Shown in pieces: positions 37,201-50,320 of a stretch of DNA of 64,000 nucleotides. A program made the translations under genes and the position numbers. This DNA is from Felis catus (Eukaryota), in assembly GCF_018350175.1 (NCBI RefSeq), contig NC_058368.1, forward strand, positions 129,396,001-129,460,000, written 5' to 3'. How positions within the stretch are numbered: the first letter of the stretch is position 1; the number at the start of each line of letters is the position of its first letter. A model generated the notes under the pieces. It was not told where the DNA came from, did no database searches, and saw nothing but the letters and a program-made list of their open reading frames with translations.

Positions 37201-39829
37201 TATCTGGCACTGAACCTATATGGCTAATTTTCAGCCTTGTGATTTCTCCACTTGTACACTTTCATAACACTGAATTGTGATCATTTGCTAGTGAACATTA
37301 CAGTTCTTTATATATTCATCTTCCCTTTTTACTCCCTTGTAAGCTTTTTCCATACAGTAAGATTCGTTTATTCATACATTCATAGTGGATTGTTTCCCTG
37401 CTGATTGCCAAGCATTTGGTAGGAACGGATGTTCAAAGTTGAAAGATGACTAAGCCCTGTATGTACTTAGCGCACAGAAAGCATTTGTTGAATTAAGTTT
37501 TAATGGTTTTCAATCAGATAATAATTAAATTGAGTTGGATCCTACTTTTGTATTCCTTTATATATATTTTAACTGTGCCAGTCTTATCTCTCCAAGAGGA
37601 GAGGGACCCTATCTTATTAATCCTTTATATTCCCCAGATGGTACTCTACAGATATACCTGCAATGGATTTTCAGTAAATTCATCTTGGTTGAATGATCAA
37701 ACATTTGATTTTCTTCCATACATGTGATGTCATGTGACGTGGGCCCATCACGTATACAAAGCAAGACTGACTGACGTTGCATGGAGTGCAAAACTTGAGT
37801 TGACTGTGCTTACTTACGCACGGGGAGCCTTTGCCAATATTTAATTTTTACTTTTGCACGTGGAGTTTTCTGAAGCCAAAATAGCATTCAAAATGAGTTA
37901 ACCTATCACTTGATCTTTTGAGAATCTCAAATATTGGTTTAGTTCTTGTTTTCTTATCAAGACATCCAAATATTGGGCAAAGACAGATCTAAATGTCAGA
38001 AATCACTCCAAAACATTTGTATACATTTTGAATAATTTTTAATGTTAACTTAGCTTTTTTCATAAGATTTCTTTACATCATTGTACATAGAGATGAGTAG
38101 ATATAAAGATTTAAACAAGATTATCTATTCAATTCAACAACTCTTACTGAGTAGCCAGTATATAAAAATGCAGGATTCCATAGGAGAATACTGCCCTGGT
38201 AAAGGTCAGGTATTAAGGCACCCATCAGGTCTTTTGTTCTGCTGTGCTTTTGTGGGTGTGTTCAGGGAAATGTGAACTTCAACTGCCTGAAAACCAAAAA
38301 AAAAAAAAAAAAGTGCAAATCTGTGATGACTATAATAACCAAGTCCAAGTGAAATTCTGTCTATAAAGCACATAGTAGGTGTTCAATAAACATTAGTTAA
38401 CTTTCCCCTAATGGCTGGGAATAGAATTAATCAACTATTTACAGTAGAGTGGAGTGAATAGGAAATTCTTATTAGAAACTTTCATTTAACCAGAAGGACT
38501 CAATTGTTATTGTGCTTTAGTTGCATTTATCAGATGACTGTTTATTATTTTCCTTCCCCTGCATGATAGAACTATCGAATATCAAAGAAGAAAAAAGGAA
38601 AGTGAAACAAAGAAAGCCTTAAAATATAACATGCTGAAAGTATTGTGAAATCGGTGAGGCACCTAAAGTGGGAGAGATCATGCTGGAAGAAAACACAAAA
38701 CATGTATTACAAGTGACCTGCTTCGGAGGATAACGAAAAGGTCCTCCCACGATACTTGACATAGTGGATTCACAGTAGATACGTAGAGATTGACTGCTAT
38801 TATGTTAAAAGGCTCTGACTAGTATACCTACTGAATATGTAATTTTTAATTACACAGAAATGAGAATGTACCAAATTTCTAGAAGAGAACAGGATTGCAC
38901 GGCACCCTACGGGATGGCTTGCCCTCGGCCTGAGGTTCATGGTAATCTTCCATTCTGTGCCTTTTCTGAGAGACTGGCTTACCAGAGCTGGAGTGTGAGC
39001 AGGGACTTATAACGGCTGGAAGCTCGGCCTCCACATCCAGCACCCAGGAGCTTCTCCACTCGGCCAGGAAATTGCCCAGCTGGATGGTGTCTTGGGATTG
39101 CTCTCCTGGTCCTCAGAAAGGAAGGACAGCAACACCAGCAACAGCTGGCATCTCTACCTGGTCAAATAGCCAAGTGGTTATGAAGGAGACCCTCAGTAAC
39201 TATCAGTGGTGGCGGTGGGAATGGGGTGGGGGGAGGGGATTCTGCTCAGTCAGCAGGGTGACCTCAAAATTGTGGGAACACATCATACCAGACACACTCA
39301 ATTGCTATTTGTGTTAAAATTACACCAACACAACGGGTTGTTGTTAAAACTGTAGTTGCTGTATGTTTAGATTTATTGAAGTAATAAAGAATTCGCTCTG
39401 CCGTCTTACGACATTTTACTGGCAAATTCTGCTCAAACTGGTTTGGATCTGATTGTAATCATTGTGTAGGCTGAAAACTGGCTGGAATGTATTAAAACAG
39501 AGCTTTCCGATCCTTTGGTAATCAATCCACTCAGCAAATGGCCAAGTGAGTCGCCTCGGGGTAAATGTTAGACCTCAACGTGGCTTCCCTTCCAAATGTA
39601 CGTACAGCCTCAGTTCCATAATAAACTGCCGCTTGGGCTTCTCAGCTAGATCTGGCCAAGTCACTTAGACAATTCACTGCCTGATATAGACTCTAACTAC
39701 CCCCATATCTGTCTACTTTGGTTTTGACAAGAAGCTTCTAGAGAGCAGGAAGCATTTCTGTTTTTCCTGTGTGTCGAATCCACACACTGGGCTCTACTCA
39801 GCAAGTTCTGGAAAGAAGAAGATGGTCAC

Positions 39830-40005
39830 ACTCCATAATCATTATCTGCCAGGCACTGCGTTGACCATTTTTATATATTATCCCAACAGCTCTATGTGCT
39901 AAGTGTTATTGTTTCATCATTTTATAGATGAGGAAACTGGTTCACAGAGGATCAGGAGCTTGCCTGAGTTTATGGCAGAGCCAACTGGCCTCATTTCATA
40001 CACTG
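39830..40005 (-). mobile_element. MIR SINE
   Basis: tgccaggcactg..cattttatagatgaggaaactggttcacagagg..cttgcctgag. Confidence 0.75.
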
Positions 40006-40274
40006 AGCTTCCCATCAACCCTGTGCCCGGCTGCCTCTGTATGATGAGGTTGTGAACCTGGGTGCTTTCTATGTTCCAGATGGAAGAAAGTGGGGTGACC
40101 CTGTTTTCACCTCTCTGAAGAACTCAGAGCTTGAGTGTGCCTGTGGGTGGGGGAGATGTTGCCGCTGATTTGGAATGTGCTTGGTCTAATGGTAACTGAG
40201 CCTACCAGAATTCCAAAACAGGTGACGTTTGTCTTTTGATTCTCTCCTATTTGTTTTCTTTCATTTTAGTGACC

Positions 40275-41280
40275 TTTAATTTTTATAACAGTTTTAGATT
40301 TAGAAAAAAAGTTGTGAACATTGCACAGAGACCTGGTAGGGGCCAGACATCAGTAGGGTACATGAGTCACAACTGATGAGCCACTATTAAAACATTGTTA
40401 TTAACTGAAGTCAACACTTGATTCACTTTATTCAGATTTCCTTAGTTTTTATGTAAGGTTCTTTTTCTGTTCCAGAATCCCATCTAGGATACCACATCAC
40501 ATTTAATTGTTATGTCTCCTTAGGCTCCTCTTGGCTGTAGCAGTTTCTCAGACTTTCTTGTTTTTGATGACTGGGACAGCTTCGAAGAGTACTGGTCAGG
40601 TACCGGATTGGTCTGACGTTTATAACATGAGTTGTCTGGAATTACGAGTTTTGGAAGAAGACCCTAGAGGAAGTGTCATTCTCATCACATTCTATCGAAG
40701 ATACAGGCTATTAATGTAAGAACTCTATCACATATGAGTCATTTCGCTAAGGCTGACCCTGATCACCTGGCTAAGCTAATGTTTGCCAAGTTTTTCCACT
40801 ATAAAATTAGTCTTTTCCCCCTTACCATACTCTGTAGCCTTGGAAAGAAGTCACTAGGCACAGCCCACACTTAAGGAGTGAGGAGTTAGGCTCCCTACTT
40901 GAGGATGAAGCAGCTACATAATTTATTTGGAATTCTTCTGCAGGGGGAGTTTGTCCCTTCTCTACCATTTATTTATTTATTCATCCAATCATTTACTTAC
41001 ATTAATATGAACTCATGGATATTTACTTTATACTTTGGGTTATAATCTAATACTATGTTATTTATTTTGTGTTCAAACGGTTCCAGCTTTGACCCTTGGA
41101 GGCTCTGTTCAGTTGGTTCCTCTGTCCCTTTCACATGCCCCCATCACTGGGGGGTTTTGTGTTTGTGTGAGCACTTCCTTACTTTCTGGCACCACTAGAA
41201 GTTCCAGGTTCTTTTTATATACTTCCTGCTCTAGTCTCAGAGTCAGCTATTTTTCCAAGGAGCTCTCTCATCCTTTTTAG
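40275..41280 (-). mobile_element. L1MC-type 3' UTR
   Basis: tttttctgttccagaatcccatctaggataccacatcacattta, cagcccacacttaaggagtgaggagtta, gcacttccttactttctggcacc. Confidence 0.85.
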
Positions 41281-41611
41281 GAAAGGAAACCCAAAGGATC
41301 TGGAGGACAAATGAAAATCATGATATTAGGCAGTCAAGTGAGAGCTTATGATTAGATTCCTATTTTAGAAATATCACTTCTGGCTGGATGAGACTGAGAC
41401 TACAGGCAGAGTCAGAGAGACTACTGCACCAGTCCATGCGGTTGGGGGGGGAAAGTTGATGTCTTGAATGACTCAAGGGTCATGCAAGCCAGATGCTTGA
41501 GAGGTAGGTCGGCTTATATTCCTAGCAGAGCCTTGGGGAGTCTAAGTCCTGGGACTTGTTCTATGATGCCACAAAGTACACAGAAACTTTATGGATGGAG
41601 GAGAAGGATAA

Positions 41612-41870
41612 TTAATAGTAGTAATCACTAATGTTTATTGGGCACTTCCTGTATCCCAGGCACTAAATACTTAATTGCAATAGCTCATTTAGTTCACACC
41701 ACTCTGTATGCTGAGCACCGTTGTTACTCCCATTTACAGATGAAGAAATCAAGAATTGAAAGAACCAGTAAGTGGTCCAGTAAGTGTCGCAGTTACTAAA
41801 CAGCAGGCTGAGACATGGGTGCAGGGAGCCTAACCACAGCCCTGCACTCCTCAACACTGTGCTATAGTAC
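41612..41870 (-). mobile_element. MIR SINE, near full length
   Basis: taatgtttattgggcacttcctgtatcccaggcact..cccatttacagatgaagaaatcaag. Confidence 0.8.
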
Positions 41871-44800
41871 GTCTTGCTACAAGATGGCTTCAGAGTTGAC
41901 AGCTCCTTGTTGCTAGAGCTGTGTCTCGACTGCCTAGACTGGCTGCTGCTCGTAACACTTCTCTTCCCTCTGATTCCTAGCTCATCCTGGCTCATCCTAG
42001 CTCATCCCCTAAAGCCAGCTCAGATGGACCAACCATTGCATCTCTACCTGCCCAGGACCAGCTGCTCTTTTGATCTAACTCACTTCCACATTTTTACTTT
42101 CAACAACACTTAGGGAGCACCTGCTATTGCCTGGAATTCTTGTAAGTTGCTGGAGATAGAGAGGGAGTAAGAAACATTCCTGTCCTCAAGGGGCTCAGAG
42201 CGTGTGCGTGTGTGTATGTGCAAAAATACAGTGTGGTCTCCGACTCCACTTACTCCATGACCTCTAACTGTCTTTCAAACTGTCATACCTGTGCCATAGC
42301 ACTGGGCTTTCCAATTGGCTTTAGACCATACTCTCTTTCAAATAATTGGCATCCAGATCTGTGCCCAGGTCTGGCCCCTCCTGTGTCTGTCGTGACTCTT
42401 TCTGCTTGTCTGTGGGGCTTCTAGTCTGTTGTTCTTGTGCCATTCACAGCTATGTCACTGGGGGCCACGAAGGCAGCTTCCTTTCTCTCCTGTTGTTAAT
42501 AAGGTCAGCCTGGAGCATGCCAGGCCAGCCCAGGCTTCCAGACTGCTCTGCTCTGAGTCATGCTAATTTTGTTTCCAGAATTGTTTTTCATTCACAGTCC
42601 TGTTAGAGCTTTAGGCTCTTTTTTGCTCCAGAAAAAAAGTATGAGGTGAATTAGGGGTGATTTGAAGCCAGATTTCTTCTCCCACTCCATTTGAGCCCAT
42701 CTGGATTTTTCAACTTGACTATTACCTGATTTGGCCTGAGTCATTCTGCCACCAAGTAGCAAGACCATTTAAATAATTTGTATTATTTATATAATGTTTG
42801 CAAATGTTTCAAAATCCATCTCCTATACATTAATACCTCCCAGAGGGTACTGCCTGCTTGGTTTAGGGAAACATCTTCTCTAGGTAGAACCTAGTGAAAC
42901 CATTGCCATGATTAGTGTAGAGAGATACCAGATAATTCTTGTGAACTTTTTAAAAAGAATGCTAACAGCTTTTTCCCTTTTCTTCCCAGATTCCAAAAAT
43001 ATATGCAGTTAGCTTATGCGACATAATTAAGTGACATACTTAAGACTCACTCTTTTCTTCAACACCTTATTTCTAATTTTTAAGGCACCTTGTTTTTCCC
43101 AAGTTGTGAGCACATATCCCTCTTCGTCGTTTTCCTGGCCTTTCTGCATTTCTGGAGTGGCAGATCTAGATCAAAAGCCATGGGTGATGGTGTAAAGAAA
43201 GGAAAAGGAGAAAAATTCTTTTCAACAGTCTTTTTACACACATGATTCTCCCTTCACCACCAACCCCCCCCCCCAACAAATCGCTCACTCTGTAGAATAG
43301 TATTCTTCACTGCGCTCTCAGAACCCACTTTCAGAAGTCACTTTGCAAATTATCTGCCACAGATAAACACCGAAGTTGGAAAATAAGTGAATTTTAATAC
43401 AGGATTGTAGATTCAGAGGTAAACCTAAAATAAGCAGCTCTCATTCTCTTATGTGACAGTTTGCTCTCCTGAGTGGGAGGGAAAGTGAGGGAGTTTCAGC
43501 CTGTGGGACAGTTGTCCCTAAGCCACTGAATGTGTTGTCCTTAGCATCTTCCATGGAGGAATGATAGAGAACTACAACAGACTGATGCCATCTTTTCCGT
43601 TAGGGGCACCTGTTCACTCCTCCTGGGCCAGAGCTTACTCGGTGGCTTCTGTGAACAGTAGGAGGGCAAGAAAAGTCCAGCCCTCCGAGAGGTGGTTTCA
43701 TCTACTTGTTGTCCTGTCTACATAGTAGAATCTCTGGTGGTGGCTTCTGGGCCCAGGGCTGCTATCCACCTTCACTGCAAAACTCTCAGAACCACTGCAA
43801 GGCGAGAATGAATGGACCACTATGAGGATCTGTGGTGCAGTGGACAACAAGTGGACAGCAACTCAGACACTTCCTGTAAGCCCAGCCTCCCTGCTGGGGA
43901 TCCCTAGTGTCTGAGAATGGCTGGGCATGGGGTATAGCTGGTTACACATTCACCTCATTTTAATGCATGGAAAGTGGGAGAGGAGAAGAGTTCAGTTTTC
44001 TAACTGGGGGAATGGGTTAAGGTCATACCTGCCGGCAGGGACCAGAGATGGCCTCTTGAAGGTCTTTGGTTTTGCAGTGGAGAAAAGAATAACTGAGAGA
44101 GTTGTGTTGCTGTTTGTTTGCTTTGCTTTTCAAAAAGGAACAAATCACCTGTTCTTTCTCTTCTCCTAACCAGCAGACATGCCCACACAGGTCCTCTCTA
44201 TAAAGAAAGAAGCATCAAAGGAAGAGCTTGGAAAGGCTCACCAGGACCCTACACCGTGGCCTTTGTGTGACTCCTGCCTTCATGGAGTCCTGAACCCAGA
44301 CTTTGGTTGAGCTTCCCGCTCTTTATTCAGTAAGCCTCCATGTTGGGCTAAAATGTGCACCGCAAAGCTCACACCAGAGACTGAGGTTGGGGAGGACACT
44401 AAAAGGAGGATATTTTGGCAAATGCTTTGCCTTTGCCCTACCTTTCTGCAGGTAGCCAGAAAAGCCCACAGCCAAGCAAATTGTCATTGATTCCTATCTC
44501 TGTTTCAGAACTTGGAATTAGGCACTTTTTCTTCCATTCCTCATCCAATGCAAGCATGCCATCACCTGAGCTCTGTTCTCCCACGGAGTGAGTTTTCTGA
44601 GGGCTCCCCCAGAGCTGGGGAATGGATGGGAGGCCAGTTCTTCTGTCTCGCTTACATTCTTTATTTAAAATGTGTTTCTAAGCAGTGTGTGAAAGATCTG
44701 GCTGCTGCTGTGCCCTGTGTTAGGCTTGTTGCTTCTGATCCACCAGGTCAACATTGCCTCTAGCAGGAATTGAGTTGTATGTTCAGTAACACAAGAGTTG

Positions 44801-45779
44801 TTGCTTAAAGAGAGAGGGAGCGGCAGGGCCACACTTATCAGGAAAGTGTGCTAGGGAAGGGGCATCTGAGGGGTGTGATTCTAGCCACCTTCCCAGGCCC
44901 TGAAATTCCCATTATCTTAACTCCATGGTGACGGCATTCTAGCTTCCTGAAAGTAGCTCACATAGTAGCATGGAGACTATATATATGTAATCATGATAAT
45001 AAAAATCTGATAGAACCTTAAGGTTTATAAAATGCTTTTATTTCACTGCATCTTTGTGGGATGGTCCCAGGTGGACCAACTTCACCTGAAATTGTATGGG
45101 TGGTTCTAGAAAAACCTCACCCTCATTATCCTCCTCTTGCAACTATTTCCCTGTGTGGTTTGCATGGTAAGAAAGAGTCAATCAGGAGAAAGCATTTGCT
45201 ATCAAGGTCTCTGGGAGGTAGAGCATGGGACATAGGCTGAGATGTTAGAGAAGTCATAACTTGGCTCCAGCCCAGCCCCACACTGACCTTTGAGCCTCTG
45301 TTGAAGGAGATAGTCTTCAGGAAGTCCTGAAAGAGCAACTTTCCTGAGGGGCTAAGACTGGGAACCCAAGCAAGTGCTCTTTGTGATCCAAACTACTTTC
45401 TGTGGTACAGAAATGTGAAGAGTGTGGGTAGTCAGCCCATTTGTTCATGGAATATGGTGCCACTGCAGTGACCCAAGCAGAGGTAAAGAACTTGTAGTAT
45501 TCTTTGGCACCTCAAGGGTTTGGTGGCTTTAGTAGCCCAGGAGGCAACCCCTAGCCTAGTCAGAAAGCAGCATCCTCATAGACACAGCAGATGTCAGTAG
45601 GGCTTGTGAAGGGAAGACAAGAAGGGACGGGCCTTGAGCAAATGTGCAGTATTTCAAGGACTCCAGGAATCTCTAGAAACACCCTGAAGGGAGTGGACAT
45701 TGAAGCCCATGCTTATAGGTGGAACTTATGCGTCACGCAAAACTGCAAACAGGTCTGTGAACATTGACATTCATTTATT

Positions 45780-45910
45780 CATTTGCACCTCATCACGGCT
45801 CTTGAGTATTTCCATTTTATAGGTGAAAAAATGAAGAATTGGAAAGATTAAATGACTTGGAGGCATTTAGTAGCAGAGTTAGAGCTCTTAGGAGTTTAGT
45901 TATCATGTTC
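45780..45910 (-). mobile_element. MIR fragment
   Basis: ttccattttataggtgaaaaaatgaag..gattaaatgacttg..agtagcagagttag. Confidence 0.6.
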
Positions 45911-46234
45911 TTTTCATGGTGCAGGTCTGCATTTGCCTTTACTAGTCATGGCCCTTCCGTCTTACAACTCCCATCTTCCCAAAGAAAAGGTAAATTATGA
46001 CAAATGAGGTAAAGATTAGGAAAATGGAAGGTGATGAGGCATTGTGTGTGGGATGGTGACCAGGGAAAGCCTGAAGGTGCTGGATAAAAGTGAAGGTAGA
46101 GAGATACAGGATGTACTTCTGAAGGTTAACTGGCTAAGGAAGGAGAGAGACTAGAATGCAAATCCTGTCTCCTTACACTGCACAACGTGCAGATTGTGTT
46201 TACAGACACACACAATTTCCACAACTTACCTCCA

Positions 46235-46350
46235 ATTTATTTATGAGAAGACTGAGGTCCTGAAGTTCAGTGACTTTTGCAAGACCACCAGTGGTGGGTC
46301 CACAATTTAGATCTTGGTCTTCCAATTACAGGTAAACCTCCTTTCTACTT
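46235..46350 (-). mobile_element. MIR fragment
   Basis: atgagaagactgaggtcc..agtgacttttgcaagaccac..ctttctact. Confidence 0.55.
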
Positions 46351-46916
46351 TGCATCACTTCCCCTCCTTTGTTCCCTGTCCTACAATCTCATACTTTCTA
46401 TATCCATTCTTTCAATCTCTTTCCCAAGGCTGATGTCAATGAAGTTTTAAAAACCAAGCAAAGAGCAATGTTAAAAATTACTAGGTCACTAGGGAAATGC
46501 AAATGAAAACCACTGTGAGGTATCACTGCACATCTATTAAAATTGTTTTTAAAAACTGATAAAACCAAGTGCTGTTGAGATTGCAGAGCAAACGAAAGTT
46601 CATCCACTGTTGGTAAGAATGCAAAACTCTATAGCTACTTTGGAAAACAGTTTGGCAGTTTCTTATAAACACACATTTATGCAACCCAGTAACTCCACTG
46701 CTAAGTATTTACCCAAGTGAATTGAAAAGTTAAGTTTATACCACAAAACCTACACATCATGTTTATATAAGTTTATTCATAATTGACAAAAATCTGGAAA
46801 CAATCAAGATGTCTTTCAATAGATGAATGAATAAACTGTGCTATAATCATAGGATGGACTACTGGTCAGCAATGAAAAGGAATGAGGTATTGATTTATGC
46901 AACACCCTGGATAGAT

Positions 46917-47130
46917 TTGTTATTATTGTTATTAATGTTGTCATTATTTTAGAGAGAGAGAGAGAGAGTGTTTGAATTGGGGAGAGAGGTAGAGGGAGGT
47001 AGAGCATCTCAAGCGGGCGCCATGCTCAGCATGGCCCCCGGGCTAGGGCTCAATCTCATGACCCTGGGATCGTGAACAGAGCTGAAATCAAGAGGTGGAT
47101 GCCCAACTGACTGAGCTACCCAGGTGCCCC
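46917..47130 (-). mobile_element. Can-SINE inserted in L1MC
   Basis: Perfect 14-bp TSD caccctggatagat (46903-46916 and 47131-47144). Confidence 0.97.
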
Positions 47131-48228
47131 CACCCTGGATAGATCTTAAACACATTTCACTAAGGGAAAAATGCTAGACCTAGAGGTTATATATTGTAAA
47201 ATTCCGTTTATGTGATATTCAGGAAAGGGCTAACTATACGTGGGTAAAACGGACCACTGGTTGCCAGAGGTTGAGGGTATAGGGAGCAGTTGACTGCAGG
47301 GATGTTACACATGGAAACTTTGTAGGTAATAGAACTGCTCTGTGTAGTACTAGGGTGATGGCTACATGACTATGCATTTGGTAAATCCCATATGTTTGTA
47401 CGCCACAAAGAATGAACTTTATTCAGATTATTTAAAAATCAACCAGAATGTCAGAGAATCTCAAGATGGAATAAAGACTGTGACAAATGAATCTAGGTGC
47501 ACTGTAAATGTCCAACATAACCTTCCTGAAGGGAGTGGGGGAAAAGGAGCTGACCTAACTAACTTTGGGAAATGGTATTTTTAGGGATTACTGCAAAGCC
47601 AAAAATAAAAAGAACTGCACACGATACCTGGTAAATTTGTTTCTTGAGGGAATGTAAGTTAGCAATTCTGAAACTACATGTACATGGGGATTGAACAAAT
47701 AAATAAATTATAGATAATGGGAGTCAGATTCTCATGGTTCAGAAAAAAAACATTACAGATAAACAAGCAAGATTAGCTAGAAATGACCCTGGGGTAAAGG
47801 ACTAGAGTCAGAGATATCATATGGACTCATATTTGTTTCAATATGGATGCACATGGATATATACAAAAGTACAGTCATATGTGTACATATGGGTTCGTAT
47901 ATACATATAGGTCTGACCACTGAGAGAATGTGGATAGTTTCAGCCCAGTAGCAACAAACACATGCAGCACCCAGGTCTTGGTTTTTAACAACCATTCTCC
48001 AAAAAAAGGAACTAAGGGTCCATGGGAAAGTAGTTAATTTGGGGCTGGGAAAAGGAAAACACCAGATGAGCCTGGAGCAACTTATAATGCCAGAAATTAA
48101 GAAAGTAAGGAAGTGCTAACAAACAAACAAATAAATAGTACCTGCATGTCAAAAAGACATAGACGTTTCCGGTGGCCAAAGCTGGGACAATTGGAGCAAC
48201 AAAATAGTTCCTCTAAGGGATTACAGCA

Positions 48229-48398
48229 GGGGCGCCTGGGTGGCTCAGTCAGTTAATTGTCTGACTCTTGATTTCAGCTCAGGTCGTGATCTCAGGGTGC
48301 ATGCGGAGCCGGCCCAAGATTATCTTTTACCCTGCCTCTCTCCTCTGCTCACATTCATTCTCTCTAAAATAAAACTAAAAAAAAAAAAAAAATTAAAA
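48229..48398 (+). mobile_element. Can-SINE with internal deletion
   Basis: ggggcgcctgggtggctcagtcagtt head and poly-A tail; B-box segment missing; degenerate TSD taagggattacagca / taaggattataaca. Confidence 0.9.
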
Positions 48399-49906
48399 GG
48401 TTAAGGATTATAACATAATAAAATAAATATTCATAAGTCCATATGGATGTAAATAAATAATTGAATAAATAAATGGGGAGAAGAAATAAATCTTACAGAA
48501 GAACTCCATGTAATACATACAGGTATTTCTCTCCAGGCGGTGGAGCTTAGCTCCTTTTCCTCATGAATGTGGGCTAGACTTAGTGACTTGCTTCCAAAAA
48601 ATAAAGTATTGAAGGAAAAAAGGGGAGTAGGGAATTCAGTTAACATCAGCAGCGATAAACTCTGTTGTGCCGATAAACTCAGACGTGCCGTCTGAGATGT
48701 GATGGGGACACATTACCTGTGTGGTATACTTCCCCAAAATCCAGAAGTAGTCTAATCAGGAAAACACATCAATAAAGAGACGTTGAAGGACATTCTACAG
48801 AACGATTGAATAAGAGTTTAAAATTGTAAGGTCATGAAAAACTAGAAAAGAATAAGAAAGTGCTCCAGATTGGAGGAAACTAAGAAAACACGACAACCAA
48901 ATGTGATGTGGTATCTTGGATTGGATCCTGGAACAGAAAGAGGAGATTAGTGGAAAAACTGGCGAAACCCAAATAAAGTCTGTAGTTTATTTTATAGTAT
49001 CATACCAATGTTAATTTCTTTGTTTTAACAATGCACAGTGGTTATGTAAGATGTTAACATTAGGGAAAGCCAGGTGAAGAGGAGACAGGAACGCTTTGTT
49101 CTATCTTTACAACTTTTCTGTAAATCTAAATTAAAAGTTGAAAAAAAAATTTAATGACCAGGAAGCCAGAGTACAAAGAGAACTGGACAATACACATGTA
49201 GAATAAATAAGCAGGAAATAATGGAAAGTTGGATGTAAGAATTGGCATTTCACAAAGGTTTTACTACTCCAGACAGTTGTTCAGATCATCTTAGGTCATC
49301 TGGATTTTGGACATTTTGTCACAGTAAAGGCAAGCAAGGAGGAACAGTGGTCTTCAGGGGACTGGAAGAGTCCTTCAGAGATTCTGCCCAAAGGTTTGGT
49401 GTTGGGGAGATATGTTCATCATTGTGCTGAGGAGTTGAGTTTATAACTGGCTTTTGGGTACTGTTTTAGAAGACCAATCTAGATGAATTTTTCAGTGAAT
49501 TAATGAAGTTGTCCTTTCATCTGCCACTTTATATTTTATAAAGATATAAACCTGCCATCTTATATTGCCATTTTATCTGCCTTCAACATCTTGAGGCTTT
49601 GTCATGAAAGAGATTTGGGTTCTCATCTGCTGACGGCATTTTGCTCTGAGATTATGCCAATATAGCAAATTCTTAGAACTTTCCCAACCATTTTTAAAAT
49701 ATGATACCCACTTGTACATTTCTGTTGAGACCAAGGCTAGCCTTCCAAGTATGTGGAGGTGGTAGCCTCAAAGACTTTTCAAGTTCTCTTCACTCGAGGG
49801 TCGTTTAGTACCTTACAGTCTGTATTAGCAGTTCTTTTTGTGTGTTAAGCATACCACTTGCCAGCCTCTGCCTCTTGTGCTCTGTATGTGACATGGTGAG
49901 CATGGT

Positions 49907-50320
49907 GGATGTCATATATTGGATTCTCTAGAGGAGAGACTGTGAGTCTCTCAGATTTTCATGCAGGAGGTTTACAGGGGAACGCTCTTGGAATTGACAC
50001 CAATTCCAATAAAAGAAGAGGATTCAACATAGGGACAAGGTGAGCTGTCATGAAGTTGCAACAGGGATCTCAGATAATCTATAGGTAATTCTGGAGTTGA
50101 GATAGTCCTTTATATTTGTACAAGTTGAGGAAAGAGAATGGGGCCCCACCCCATGACCAGTTATTGAGAATAGACCACACACTGTTGTCAGCTTGGGTAA
50201 GGCAGGTCCCGTTAGCAGAGGGAAATTCCTGGGGAGGGATTTGGGTATGAGTTGTCACTAACCAACACTCCAAGCAGTTATAAAAATCCTGCAAGGGGAT
50301 CTCAGAGGCATATCACTATA
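49907..50320 (-). mobile_element. LTR16-like ERVL LTR
   Basis: agactgtgag..catgcaggaggtttacaggggaacgctcttggaattgacacc..gttgcaacagggatctcag..ctggagttgagatagtcc resembles antisense LTR16. Confidence 0.65.

Larger units (their letters stand above)
46470..49150 (+). mobile_element. L1MC-type ORF2 end plus long 3' UTR, carrying two SINEs
   Basis: agggaaatgcaaatgaaaaccact, ctttggaaaacagtttggcagtttctta, aatgtgggctagacttagtgacttgcttcca, ggttatgtaagatgttaacattagggaaagc, A tail near 49140. Confidence 0.9.
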
